Virus record (IMG/VR): IMGVR_UViG_3300032118_000841
Location: 1 to 46,210 of that record
Length of the DNA stretch: 46,210 nt
Origin: a virus
Lineage: Duplodnaviria; Caudoviricetes
Direction: 5' to 3' (one strand)
Every line of letters begins with the position of its first letter. The first letter of the stretch is position 1. Below, one piece after another: positions 35,523 through 44,225 of the stretch. The notes beneath the pieces are model-generated. The model saw only the letters and a program-made list of their open reading frames with translations, had not been told where the DNA came from and did not search any database. The translations under genes and the position numbers were made by a program.

Positions 35523-36448
35523 TATTTTTCCTCCTTAAATTTTCTAATCCTCTCTTTTAAGTCTGCTAATTTCTTAGCATCCTCATCGGTCATCTTCTCG
35601 TCAGCACCGCTAACGGAAGGTTTCTCATTTCCACATTTACAATTTTTACAAGATTCGCATGTCTGTTCTATAACAGAGTTGTTATTCGCAAGTCCACAGC
35701 CTCTCTTATCATCACACGCACCTTTTATGCATGTTGTTAACGCCTTTGGTATAATGTCGCATAGGGATATAACCGTTTCATCTCCCTTGAAACCGTAGTC
35801 CTCTCTATCTGTTTGTTCCAGTTCGCTAACATTAATTGCCTTAGGTGTTGCGTTTAGAGCCACGCTTACATTCGGTGTTTTATTTGCTTTCTCACATATG
35901 TCAATAAAAGACCGCCATGATTTATATTTTTCTGATTTCTTATATACATTCACATCCATTGTGATTGCCTTTGTTTTATCATTTGCTTGGGCGTTACTCT
36001 GATAACCTATAATATAGTCAAGATTCTCTCGTTTGAACGGGGGTGTGTTATCTGGATATGAAGTTCCAAGGTGACTAATATCGTGAAGTGTTCCGTTCCA
36101 CTGGTCTAATGATTTTTTAAGTTCGGAGTAAGACATGAAGTAACCGTTCATCATCCGATTGCCAACCACTGCGGTTGCTCGTAGCGTTACCCAATCCTCC
36201 GATTCGTTCATTTTACTTGGTTTTGTTTCTGTATCCAAAACTTGACTATTATCTAATATTTGTAATTGAAAGGTGAAATTGAACTCCATGGGTTTTCCAG
36301 TATATTGAGTTCCTTTTTCTTTGTGTTGCTTGAACATCCCGTGGCAACTCGCTGCGGCTTCATCGGGTGATTTTCCCTCGGCTATTCGTATTGGAATACA
36401 CCGCTTAACATAAGATTCTTCACTTTCACCTTTTTCAATTGATGGCAT
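35522..36448 (-). CDS. Prohead maturation protease
   Basis: EL.KS...WNG....ISH, VSV, GAC....GCG; AGGTGA RBS before ATG 36448. Confidence 0.7.
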   Translation of the reverse strand: MPSIEKGESEESYVKRCIPIRIAEGKSPDEAAASCHGMFKQHKEKGTQYTGKPMEFNFTFQLQILDNSQVLDTETKPSKMNESEDWVTLRATAVVGNRMMNGYFMSYSELKKSLDQWNGTLHDISHLGTSYPDNTPPFKRENLDYIIGYQSNAQANDKTKAITMDVNVYKKSEKYKSWRSFIDICEKANKTPNVSVALNATPKAINVSELEQTDREDYGFKGDETVISLCDIIPKALTTCIKGACDDKRGCGLANNNSVIEQTCESCKNCKCGNEKPSVSGADEKMTDEDAKKLADLKERIRKFKEEK

Positions 36449-36453
36449 AATAA

Positions 36454-36963
36454 TCACCTTTTTACACTTCTTGTTGCAATCTCAGATAATCTCCGTTGTT
36501 GAATTGTTTTAACATGGACAGATTCCGCCATAGATACAGTTCCTTGTGCTATTTTACCACTTTCCACTTGGTCTTTTGTGATGCCTTGTGAATCAATCCA
36601 TACATTAACATGCCAATCTTTTGGTTGTTTAACATATGGTTTTATCAATGCACGAAGTTCATCTGCGTCTTTTAACATCTCATCGAGAATGTAAAAGAAT
36701 TGGTCACGCCATGCCGTGTCTTTGTAAACGAACCATAAAAATAATTCAACTAATTCTAATTGTATTATTTTTTGATGGTCGCATTTCACAAATTCTGCGG
36801 TTTCCATATTCAAATTTGCGATGTATCGTATTCCAAGATTTCCACAGTTAATCATATCATCGTGTATGGCTTTAGCGTTTGCCTGTTCTCCTAATTTTTT
36901 ACGGAGTAACCACACACCCCATTTTATGATTCTTTTGTTCGGCTCAGATTCACCTATGTGCAT
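36454..36963 (-). CDS. Hypothetical protein in the head module
   Basis: Full ORF, tight packing. Confidence 0.75.
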   Translation of the reverse strand: MHIGESEPNKRIIKWGVWLLRKKLGEQANAKAIHDDMINCGNLGIRYIANLNMETAEFVKCDHQKIIQLELVELFLWFVYKDTAWRDQFFYILDEMLKDADELRALIKPYVKQPKDWHVNVWIDSQGITKDQVESGKIAQGTVSMAESVHVKTIQQRRLSEIATRSVKR

Positions 36964-36965
36964 AT

Positions 36966-37511
36966 TTACGCCTTTTCGGTTTTTAATACAGATTCAAGTT
37001 CTGCTTCCAGTGCATTCTTTTCAGCAGTTTCTATGTCCTTGTTTACTGTTCTAACACCAGAGACATTTTTAATTTGATAATCCTTAACTTTTTCACTCAA
37101 TAATGTTGATACACGAATTACACATTCTATGTATTCATCCCTTCGATGTTCAAGAGTTCCAATTATTCCTTGTTTTGCCACTTCCAATCCTTTTATTTCT
37201 TCATCAAAGTGTTTCAAAACTTTATCTTTATTTGATTCCGCATGTGAAATTGCTCGAGATATTTGAATCATAACTGGTAATGAAATTTCTCCTTTTGACA
37301 CTTGCTCACGTCTAATTTTCAACATTTTAATAGCAGCATCATATTGAGATTTTTGTTTAACCAATGAACCATAAGTATTGTTTAAATCTACCATTTCCTG
37401 AAGTCTTTGCCCATCATATTGAGAAAGTGGCGTTATGTCTGCGGGTGATGGTGCAACTATTGGTAAATCGATAGATTTTGGTTTACTTTTATTTTGATTT
37501 TTATTACTCAT
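36966..37511 (-). CDS. Coiled-coil protein, possibly prefoldin-like
   Basis: Helix, short beta-hairpin (PVMIQISRAISH), helix. Confidence 0.4.
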   Translation of the reverse strand: MSNKNQNKSKPKSIDLPIVAPSPADITPLSQYDGQRLQEMVDLNNTYGSLVKQKSQYDAAIKMLKIRREQVSKGEISLPVMIQISRAISHAESNKDKVLKHFDEEIKGLEVAKQGIIGTLEHRRDEYIECVIRVSTLLSEKVKDYQIKNVSGVRTVNKDIETAEKNALEAELESVLKTEKA

Positions 37512-37700
37512 TTATTTCACCAACTTATTTATAACATCACCAAGAGCAAATAACTGTTCTTTTGTGAATAACACTGTTTGTCCTTTGTCACTTACTGAAT
37601 ATTTTCTGCCTTCTTTTTTAAATACGGGGCAACATTTGCCTGGTTGTCTACACAACATTATGCCTTGCATATTTTTCATTTCTCCTTGAGATTTATCCAT
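37512..37700 (-). CDS. Small Cys-containing hypothetical protein
   Basis: LC....KCCP motif. Confidence 0.6.
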   Translation of the reverse strand: MDKSQGEMKNMQGIMLCRQPGKCCPVFKKEGRKYSVSDKGQTVLFTKEQLFALGDVINKLVK

Positions 37701-38118
37701 TTTTTCCTATTACTCTACCAAAGAAAACTGAATTTATAATGTCATCTAATTCTTCTAATGTTTGATATGCAGCAGGTCGCAAGAATGGTCTATACGCGCC
37801 CTTACCGCTTGTGCTAGTTATTGCCAATGGATTTTCTTCAGTTCCAACTGGCATTTTGTAAGTTCCAAATTCATTGTAAATTGCATAATCCTTTCCAGAT
37901 GAATTTCTTGGGTCACAAACAACTTTATATCCTTCACTGTCTTTTTCAACTCGAATGTCATTTTCCATTACACCAGTATCTTCTGGTGCTAATTCGAATG
38001 CTTTAAGTGCGGTTTTTTCTGCAAGTTTTTGTAATACCTGTTCTGCTTTCTTTTCACTTGTAATTTCTTTGAGAAATTCAATCAATTCATCCGCACCATC
38101 AATTGTAACAAATACCAT
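37693..38118 (-). CDS. HK97 gp10-like neck/tail-completion protein
   Basis: APEDTG, YA.YNEFGT, RPFLRPA. Confidence 0.85.
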   Translation of the reverse strand: MVFVTIDGADELIEFLKEITSEKKAEQVLQKLAEKTALKAFELAPEDTGVMENDIRVEKDSEGYKVVCDPRNSSGKDYAIYNEFGTYKMPVGTEENPLAITSTSGKGAYRPFLRPAAYQTLEELDDIINSVFFGRVIGKNG

Positions 38119-38119
38119 T

Positions 38120-39616
38120 TTATAACTTTTCCTGTTCTTCTAGAATTTCTTTTCCTAGTTCCTTTTCTTTCTTTGCCTGTAAATCTCGTAAATCGTTTAA
38201 TGCTTTAATCATTTCCATCTCATCGTTTGTCATTGCCCGAACCACTGGTTTTACTAATCTACTCGGTGGCTCTGGTCTTTGCGGTTCAGATGGATTTTTT
38301 GGCGGTGGAACATTCGGATTTTGTTGAATCGTTGGTAATGGTTTTTCCTCTGGCTCATCATCTGGGTCTAATTCGACACTTCCTTCATTTATCATTTGTC
38401 GTGCCTCCCGAACAGATATCAGGGGTGGATTTGAACTTCGTGCATTAACCGCAGCAGCAGTTCGCTTTCCTAATAGTTCCGCTTCTGCCATCTCATCAAT
38501 ATAAGTAATTTCCCATTCAATTTCAAATTTACTGAAATCTCTATCATTTGCATTAGCGAGTAAATTATATAAACGTAATATATGCGGAGTATATACCAAT
38601 TCTTGATTATCTTTTATATCTCGATAATAGTCAGCAAATCCTATTTCCGCACCTGTAACACGCCCTATCTCAACACCAAGTAAAACTTGACGTGGTATAA
38701 TAAGGGCAGCAGCAATCGCCTCGGAGATGTGTTCATAATATGGTGTTGGGTCTATCGCTGCGGGATTTGTTACATCGAGATGATATTTCTCTGAAAAAGC
38801 AAAATAATTTGGATGTTCTTTTAGTAATGCCAGTGCTTTAGTTCTTTCATTCTTTTGCATCCCCTGTTTTGTTAATATTTGTGTTCCATGAGAGAACCAT
38901 TTTAATATCTCACCAGTTGCTATATCGATGTCAGCAGATGATATTAATATATTTAGTAATATGTCTACCTTAGATACACCGAAATAATCAAATGGCAAGT
39001 CAACTGTTTTAATATGAATAATTCTATCTGGATGAATCCACTTATCCTCAGATTTTTTAGTATTAATATAGTGGTAGTAATATTGTTTTTCACCTGGGTT
39101 TATTGGTTTATATTCTGTAATATTTTCTGAATTTAATAGTATTAAATCCAATGGAATTGATTTATCTGGAACTTCTTGTTCTAATTTTTTATTGCCATTA
39201 TTATTTGGTTCAAAAAATTTTATAAGTAGATACCCATCTCCCCAAATGTCTGCACAGATTCCCGCAGTTCTAAATTTTCTTTTTATTTCTGTTCTTGTTT
39301 CAAAGCCTTTAATAAGTTCCAAATCTTCTATCGGTATTTTAATTCCGTCTGCACGTTTAAATTTAAACCAAGCACGAAAGGTATCTGAATTTTTCTTAAT
39401 TGTTCCTTTCATAAATAAAGACGATTGTAATGCGAGTTCACGCCTTTTTTCTGGAGTTAATCCACCAGAATATTTAGACCGCATACTGTTATATTCTTCT
39501 GGTTGCGATAGTTCATCCTCAACTGTTTTTGTTTCTTTTGCTTTCTCGACTTCTTTTACAGTTTTTTTAATAAATTTTATATTGAAGTCAGATATTCTAT
39601 CGCCTAATGTCGCCAT
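38120..39616 (-). CDS. Portal protein
   Basis: Follows TerL; IWGDGYL, IHPDRIIH, GVS, IPRQVLLG; Pro-rich tail. Confidence 0.88.
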   Translation of the reverse strand: MATLGDRISDFNIKFIKKTVKEVEKAKETKTVEDELSQPEEYNSMRSKYSGGLTPEKRRELALQSSLFMKGTIKKNSDTFRAWFKFKRADGIKIPIEDLELIKGFETRTEIKRKFRTAGICADIWGDGYLLIKFFEPNNNGNKKLEQEVPDKSIPLDLILLNSENITEYKPINPGEKQYYYHYINTKKSEDKWIHPDRIIHIKTVDLPFDYFGVSKVDILLNILISSADIDIATGEILKWFSHGTQILTKQGMQKNERTKALALLKEHPNYFAFSEKYHLDVTNPAAIDPTPYYEHISEAIAAALIIPRQVLLGVEIGRVTGAEIGFADYYRDIKDNQELVYTPHILRLYNLLANANDRDFSKFEIEWEITYIDEMAEAELLGKRTAAAVNARSSNPPLISVREARQMINEGSVELDPDDEPEEKPLPTIQQNPNVPPPKNPSEPQRPEPPSRLVKPVVRAMTNDEMEMIKALNDLRDLQAKKEKELGKEILEEQEKL

Positions 39617-40986
39617 TACGTTGACCTCCGCAATCTTCCCACTCTATCGAGAAAACGACCACAACCAAATTCTGTTTCATCTGGTATTGGATTATAATCC
39701 GTCAGAGCATAACGCAATGCGTCTGCTGCATGGTCATCTTCTTTAAGTGGAACATCATTATCTGCATTTTTATATCTATATGATTGAATACTTCTAATGA
39801 GATTATTGCATGAACTGTGAATTGTTATTCGATGGTCTGCTTTAAATGTTGATTGAAGTTTTGCAATCCCTGGTGCTACTGCGTTGTTCGCATAGGATTT
39901 TACTTCGTTGTTGTCGAATTTACCAATAGGAACACCAAGGTCAAATGCTTGTTTAACTAAATCAGCAGCACTTGGGTCACAATAAACTTTTGTAAAGTTA
40001 TATTTTAAATGTAATTTTTTAATAATGTTTGCAATTTCAAATGATGTTTTTTCTGATTCGTAATATTCACTAATAACGAACAGTGTGTTTGCTTTTGTTT
40101 TCATAAGAACGAGAATGCAAGTTGGGTCACGGATACCAAAATCTACCCCCGCAAAGTATCGTTCAATCCCTGGAACATTCTTCAGGTCTTGGTCAAAATC
40201 ACGAACATGTTTATCGGTATTGAACATCTTGTAGATTTGACCTGAAAAAGCACCCCAATGCCCCTCTAAATATCTTCGAACCCAATCGGGGTCATATCGT
40301 GATTCCATACTCTTAATATATTCCTCATAGTTTGGTATAAGAATATTATCATACGTATTTGTATCTACCGCAAAATACCCAGGTTTCTTATCCATATAAA
40401 AATACTGATAAATCCAATGATTCTCCGCCCCTGGATTTGTGGCGAGTAATCCAAAGTGAAACGGCATGTTTCCCCCACGCAGACGTGCCATGAGTTGTTT
40501 AAAAACTTCCGCTTTCATTTCAATCGGCTCATCTAACATAAACCACTCTAAATTTCTTCCTTTGAGTTTTTCTGAATCCTCACATGCCCGAAACATGATT
40601 TCAGAGCCGTTATAAAACGTAATATTCATCTTTCCAGGCGATATTGTGTGTTGTGCTATCTGGATTGGTATATTATTATCATTTAAAATGCGTTGATAAC
40701 CATCTATCTCGTCAATGAAGGTTTGAAAGATAACATCCTTCAATTGTGTGTATGATAGAGAACCAACAAGTCCTTTAGCACCTGGATAATCAAGCGATGC
40801 CTTTATACCAACTTGTGCTAAAAGCAGGGTTTTTCCCGCACCATATGCACCACTGTATAAACCGTAGTTGTTCAACGGTTTGCCATTCTCACCTAAATTC
40901 TCTTGGAAAATAAGGTCGAATACTTGCTTTTGCTTTGGCAAGAATTGGCGTGGTCTACTTAAAATAACTTCTCTTTCTTCAGTCAT
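39616..40986 (-). CDS. terL: Terminase large subunit
   Basis: Walker A GAYGAGKT, Walker B FMLDE, TNP coupling motif, GVDFG, DDHAADALRY. Confidence 0.95.
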   Translation of the reverse strand: MTEEREVILSRPRQFLPKQKQVFDLIFQENLGENGKPLNNYGLYSGAYGAGKTLLLAQVGIKASLDYPGAKGLVGSLSYTQLKDVIFQTFIDEIDGYQRILNDNNIPIQIAQHTISPGKMNITFYNGSEIMFRACEDSEKLKGRNLEWFMLDEPIEMKAEVFKQLMARLRGGNMPFHFGLLATNPGAENHWIYQYFYMDKKPGYFAVDTNTYDNILIPNYEEYIKSMESRYDPDWVRRYLEGHWGAFSGQIYKMFNTDKHVRDFDQDLKNVPGIERYFAGVDFGIRDPTCILVLMKTKANTLFVISEYYESEKTSFEIANIIKKLHLKYNFTKVYCDPSAADLVKQAFDLGVPIGKFDNNEVKSYANNAVAPGIAKLQSTFKADHRITIHSSCNNLIRSIQSYRYKNADNDVPLKEDDHAADALRYALTDYNPIPDETEFGCGRFLDRVGRLRRST

Positions 40987-41069
40987 AATAAAACTCGAGT
41001 TTTTGTTGACTGTTATGGATAAGCAATGTATCCTTACTAATATAGTCGTTTTTTCGTCTATTTTATCGA

Positions 41070-41639
41070 CTATCCTAAATATAGTCTACCAACGATTAAA
41101 CCGCAATCGTTACATACCGCATCACCGTGTTCAAAATCATATGCAATATTTTGTTTTTTCTTTGAACATTCGCAACGATTTTCATCTAATATCCATGTTT
41201 TAAGATATTCCTTATTTTTTGAACTTTGTTCTGTTTTATGTTCTTTATATATATCATATCCACCTTCTGCTCGTTTTCTCCTATGATATTCAGCATCTCG
41301 TTCTTTTCTTGTTATATCGTTGCACTCACCGCAGTATTTTGTATTATTTGGTATATTTCTACCACATCTACTGCATGTGAAATCTACTGATTTTATCGCA
41401 CTTTCTTCTATGTAATATACAGACACCTTAATACCAACTTTTTCAAGTATTTCTTTCATTTTTCTTTGGTCTACTGTTAATCTATCTCTACCAGATTTTA
41501 CCTCAATAAACTGTATTGTTAATTTATTGTTTATTGTTTTGTAACACAAAAAATCTGGGTATCCTTTTTGCATTACGTTCCAACCTTCTTTTTGCAATGC
41601 ATTTTTAACATACTGTTCTATGTTGTTCACACTTCCCAC
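41070..41639 (-). CDS. VRR-NUC nuclease fused to a zinc ribbon and a C-terminal TFB/TFIIB-type zinc ribbon
   Basis: GYPDF...FIEVK...L...Q; CSRC...CGEC; CEC...IAYDFEHGDAVCNDCGLIV. Confidence 0.75.
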   Translation of the reverse strand: MGSVNNIEQYVKNALQKEGWNVMQKGYPDFLCYKTINNKLTIQFIEVKSGRDRLTVDQRKMKEILEKVGIKVSVYYIEESAIKSVDFTCSRCGRNIPNNTKYCGECNDITRKERDAEYHRRKRAEGGYDIYKEHKTEQSSKNKEYLKTWILDENRCECSKKKQNIAYDFEHGDAVCNDCGLIVGRLYLG

Positions 41640-41641
41640 CC

Positions 41642-42310
41642 CTAAATTGACTTGCTCGAATCTTTCACGTAATTCTCCAATCTCTTGTGCAATTGTTCAA
41701 GAATCGCACAGTCCTTTTTATTGTGGTCTAATACATACGCCAATGCGACAGGGTCGCCTAATTTTGCTCTCATCCAATAATTTCCCTTAATGTGATTCTT
41801 CCCTTTAATTCCTAGTGCAGCACACGCAGAATCGAGAGAGTTCCTGTGTAATCGCATTTTCATTTTTACCATATAATAACAATCTTTATGTTGTAATGCA
41901 CCGAACTCGATAAAATCTAATTTGTGCATCATTGCACGAGTGCGTATAAATGGAACATCGAACTTCGTTCCATAGTATGTTAATATAACATCATACTCTT
42001 TCAATGCATCGATAAGTTCCTTTAATATTCGTTTATCTAACTTATAGTTCTGAATATCCAGTGCAGATATGCAACCAGTTTTATATTCATTTTTATCTCG
42101 TGTTTTTATGCACCATGTGAGCATGTAGTCAAAGTTTGCCTGTAATCCGCCAGATTCAATATCCAAGTATCCAATTTTTTTCTGTTTCTTCTGTTCTTCT
42201 AAATAACAGTTTGGATGTGCTAAAAATTTATGACCGTGTTTGCAGGTCTTACTTGCCATTTCCATTAATTGCTTTCTATTGAATTGATTAAAGTTTACCA
42301 ATTTTTTCAC
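41642..42310 (-). CDS. DEDD 3'-5' exonuclease (RNase H-like)
   Basis: LDIE, YYGTKFDVPFI, HNKKD. Confidence 0.85.
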   Translation of the reverse strand: MKKLVNFNQFNRKQLMEMASKTCKHGHKFLAHPNCYLEEQKKQKKIGYLDIESGGLQANFDYMLTWCIKTRDKNEYKTGCISALDIQNYKLDKRILKELIDALKEYDVILTYYGTKFDVPFIRTRAMMHKLDFIEFGALQHKDCYYMVKMKMRLHRNSLDSACAALGIKGKNHIKGNYWMRAKLGDPVALAYVLDHNKKDCAILEQLHKRLENYVKDSSKSI

Positions 42311-42315
42311 TCTCC

Positions 42316-42579
42316 TTACCCGAACATTTGGTCTTTATTTTCTTGTTTTTCTTTTACATCAGTCGTTCCATTTTCACCATTTAATTTTCTGATAGCACCT
42401 TCTAGCATCCGTTCTACTTGATAGTGTTGTAAGTCTGCTTCCCGCATTCCCTCTAATATTGTTATTAACTGCAATTGAAGATGTGATAATTCTAGTTTTG
42501 TTATTGGTCTTAGGCATGTAAAATAAAACCATACCTTTCTATACCACTTTGGCGTTCCATCAAATAATTTTGTTTTCAC
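42316..42579 (-). CDS. Hypothetical protein
   Basis: AGGTGA RBS; packing. Confidence 0.6.
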   Translation of the reverse strand: MKTKLFDGTPKWYRKVWFYFTCLRPITKLELSHLQLQLITILEGMREADLQHYQVERMLEGAIRKLNGENGTTDVKEKQENKDQMFG

Positions 42580-43100
42580 TATACTTCATCACCTTCCATT
42601 GGAATTGTTTTTTGTTTTTCATCCGCTTTAAAAAACGGTTTCTTTACGATATCAGTTTGGATAACCTCTGGTGTTCCAAATTTTATTATAACTGTTTTTT
42701 TATCACTCGTTCTTTTTAGCATGTCTGCCTCTCGGAGAATCTTTTTTAGTTTTAACTTGCTCTCCTGTGTATCGTTCAATGCGGTGTTAAACTTCTGTCT
42801 ATCCGAGGCGGTTGTTGCGTTGTCGAAATCTTTTTCTAACTTTCTAATACGTTCATTTATTTTTATTATTTCTGGATTATCTTCATATTCTAGTCCACTG
42901 TCTGTTTCATTTATTGACGGCACAACCTGTGGTGTATATTTATCATATAGGTTCTGTGCTGTTTGTTTCGATATATCAAATGAGAATCTTTCCTTTAATT
43001 TGTCTTTTAATCCCTGTGGACCGCCAATGTCTCCCTCGGTCATTAATTGTTTTGTTGCGTTTTCTATAACACCCATTTCTGCGTTTGTCCTTCTTGACAT
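42579..43100 (-). CDS. Candidate terminase small subunit (HTH plus coiled coil)
   Basis: LKERFSFDISKQTAQN HTH-like segment, helical hairpin, short beta strand; near TerL. Confidence 0.45.
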   Translation of the reverse strand: MSRRTNAEMGVIENATKQLMTEGDIGGPQGLKDKLKERFSFDISKQTAQNLYDKYTPQVVPSINETDSGLEYEDNPEIIKINERIRKLEKDFDNATTASDRQKFNTALNDTQESKLKLKKILREADMLKRTSDKKTVIIKFGTPEVIQTDIVKKPFFKADEKQKTIPMEGDEV

Positions 43101-43387
43101 TACTTCATCCCCCGTTGTTTAATTGCATTTGTTTGTAATTTTTCCAATATTTTAATAAGTTCTGTATTTGTTAATTTATCATATGACGATATTATGAAAA
43201 CTGAGTATTTTTCAGTTGACACGCCACTCTCTGGGTTTTTTTCATCTATTATATCATATTCAACTTTCTCAATATGTATATCCAATGATTGTAGTTTAAT
43301 ATCTAATTTCTTTAGGTGATTATTAATAATCATAGCAACTACATCTAAACTCAAATCATTCGACATGCTTTTTTCTGTTCTACCCAT
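43100..43387 (-). CDS. Hypothetical protein
   Basis: TAATG coupling on both sides. Confidence 0.65.
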   Translation of the reverse strand: MGRTEKSMSNDLSLDVVAMIINNHLKKLDIKLQSLDIHIEKVEYDIIDEKNPESGVSTEKYSVFIISSYDKLTNTELIKILEKLQTNAIKQRGMK

Positions 43388-43614
43388 TATAAGTTGCCTC
43401 CCTGTTTTGCTCTAATTAATCGTTTTATGCAAATAACTCTACCATCTACTTCGATAAACGGATATGCTCTATTTGCAAATCTTGCTGTGTCTATCACCAC
43501 CGTATATTCTATTCCAAAGGCATTCAGACCGTGAAATGTTCCAGAACCGTTTATTCGGTCTTGTTCACTACGAATATGAACTACTACTTTTCTTTTTTGT
43601 GGTTTATTTACCAT
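43387..43614 (-). CDS. Hypothetical protein
   Basis: Operon packing. Confidence 0.6.
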   Translation of the reverse strand: MVNKPQKRKVVVHIRSEQDRINGSGTFHGLNAFGIEYTVVIDTARFANRAYPFIEVDGRVICIKRLIRAKQGGNL

Positions 43615-43786
43615 TTTTATTCACATCCAAATTTTTATCAACCCAATCGTCTTGTTCTTTATATGTTGATGGTGTTCTTATATTCCAAAGTAATTGAGAA
43701 TCACACACCACACACAATAGCGTTCCTTTCACCCAAACCATCTTTCGACAGCACTTCGCACATATTGGAATTTCTTCGTTTATCAT
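43604..43786 (-). CDS. Small zinc-finger protein
   Basis: CAKC...CVVC. Confidence 0.65.
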   Translation of the reverse strand: MINEEIPICAKCCRKMVWVKGTLLCVVCDSQLLWNIRTPSTYKEQDDWVDKNLDVNKNGK

Positions 43787-43950
43787 AATATATCATCCGA
43801 ATCATCACTCTGTGTTCCGTTTATTTTTTTTATCCATTCCTTTCTAAAATTAAGATAACAGAAATTGCAACCACGGTGTAACACTCCCTCAAAGAACCAA
43901 TATCTTTCTTTTGGCATTGCGTGTCTGCATATGGGGCATACATTTTTCAC
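43783..43950 (-). CDS. Small zinc-finger protein (55 aa; not in the track)
   Basis: GTG start, CPIC...CNFC; GTGA/ATGA overlaps at both ends. Confidence 0.65.
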   Translation of the reverse strand: MKNVCPICRHAMPKERYWFFEGVLHRGCNFCYLNFRKEWIKKINGTQSDDSDDIL

Positions 43951-44225
43951 TTAAACACCCTCTTTACTTTTCGTAACCATCTTCCTTTGCGTTCCCATAC
44001 AATTCTATTCATCATTTTACGCATTACGTTTTGCTGCAATTCCAATTGTTCTGGATTTTCTTTTAACCATGATTCAATATCAACTACTGCAAAATCCTCT
44101 ATGGATGTTGCTTCTGCTAATGTTAGTTTGGTGTTTGTAAGTGCGAGTTTGTGTTTGCAATGTAAACAATCCTTTTTCTTACATTTATCCTCATAACCGC
44201 ACTGAATATAAACTTTTTGTTTCAT
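43947..44225 (-). CDS. Cys-containing hypothetical protein
   Basis: C....C...C..C cluster. Confidence 0.6.
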   Translation of the reverse strand: MKQKVYIQCGYEDKCKKKDCLHCKHKLALTNTKLTLAEATSIEDFAVVDIESWLKENPEQLELQQNVMRKMMNRIVWERKGRWLRKVKRVFK

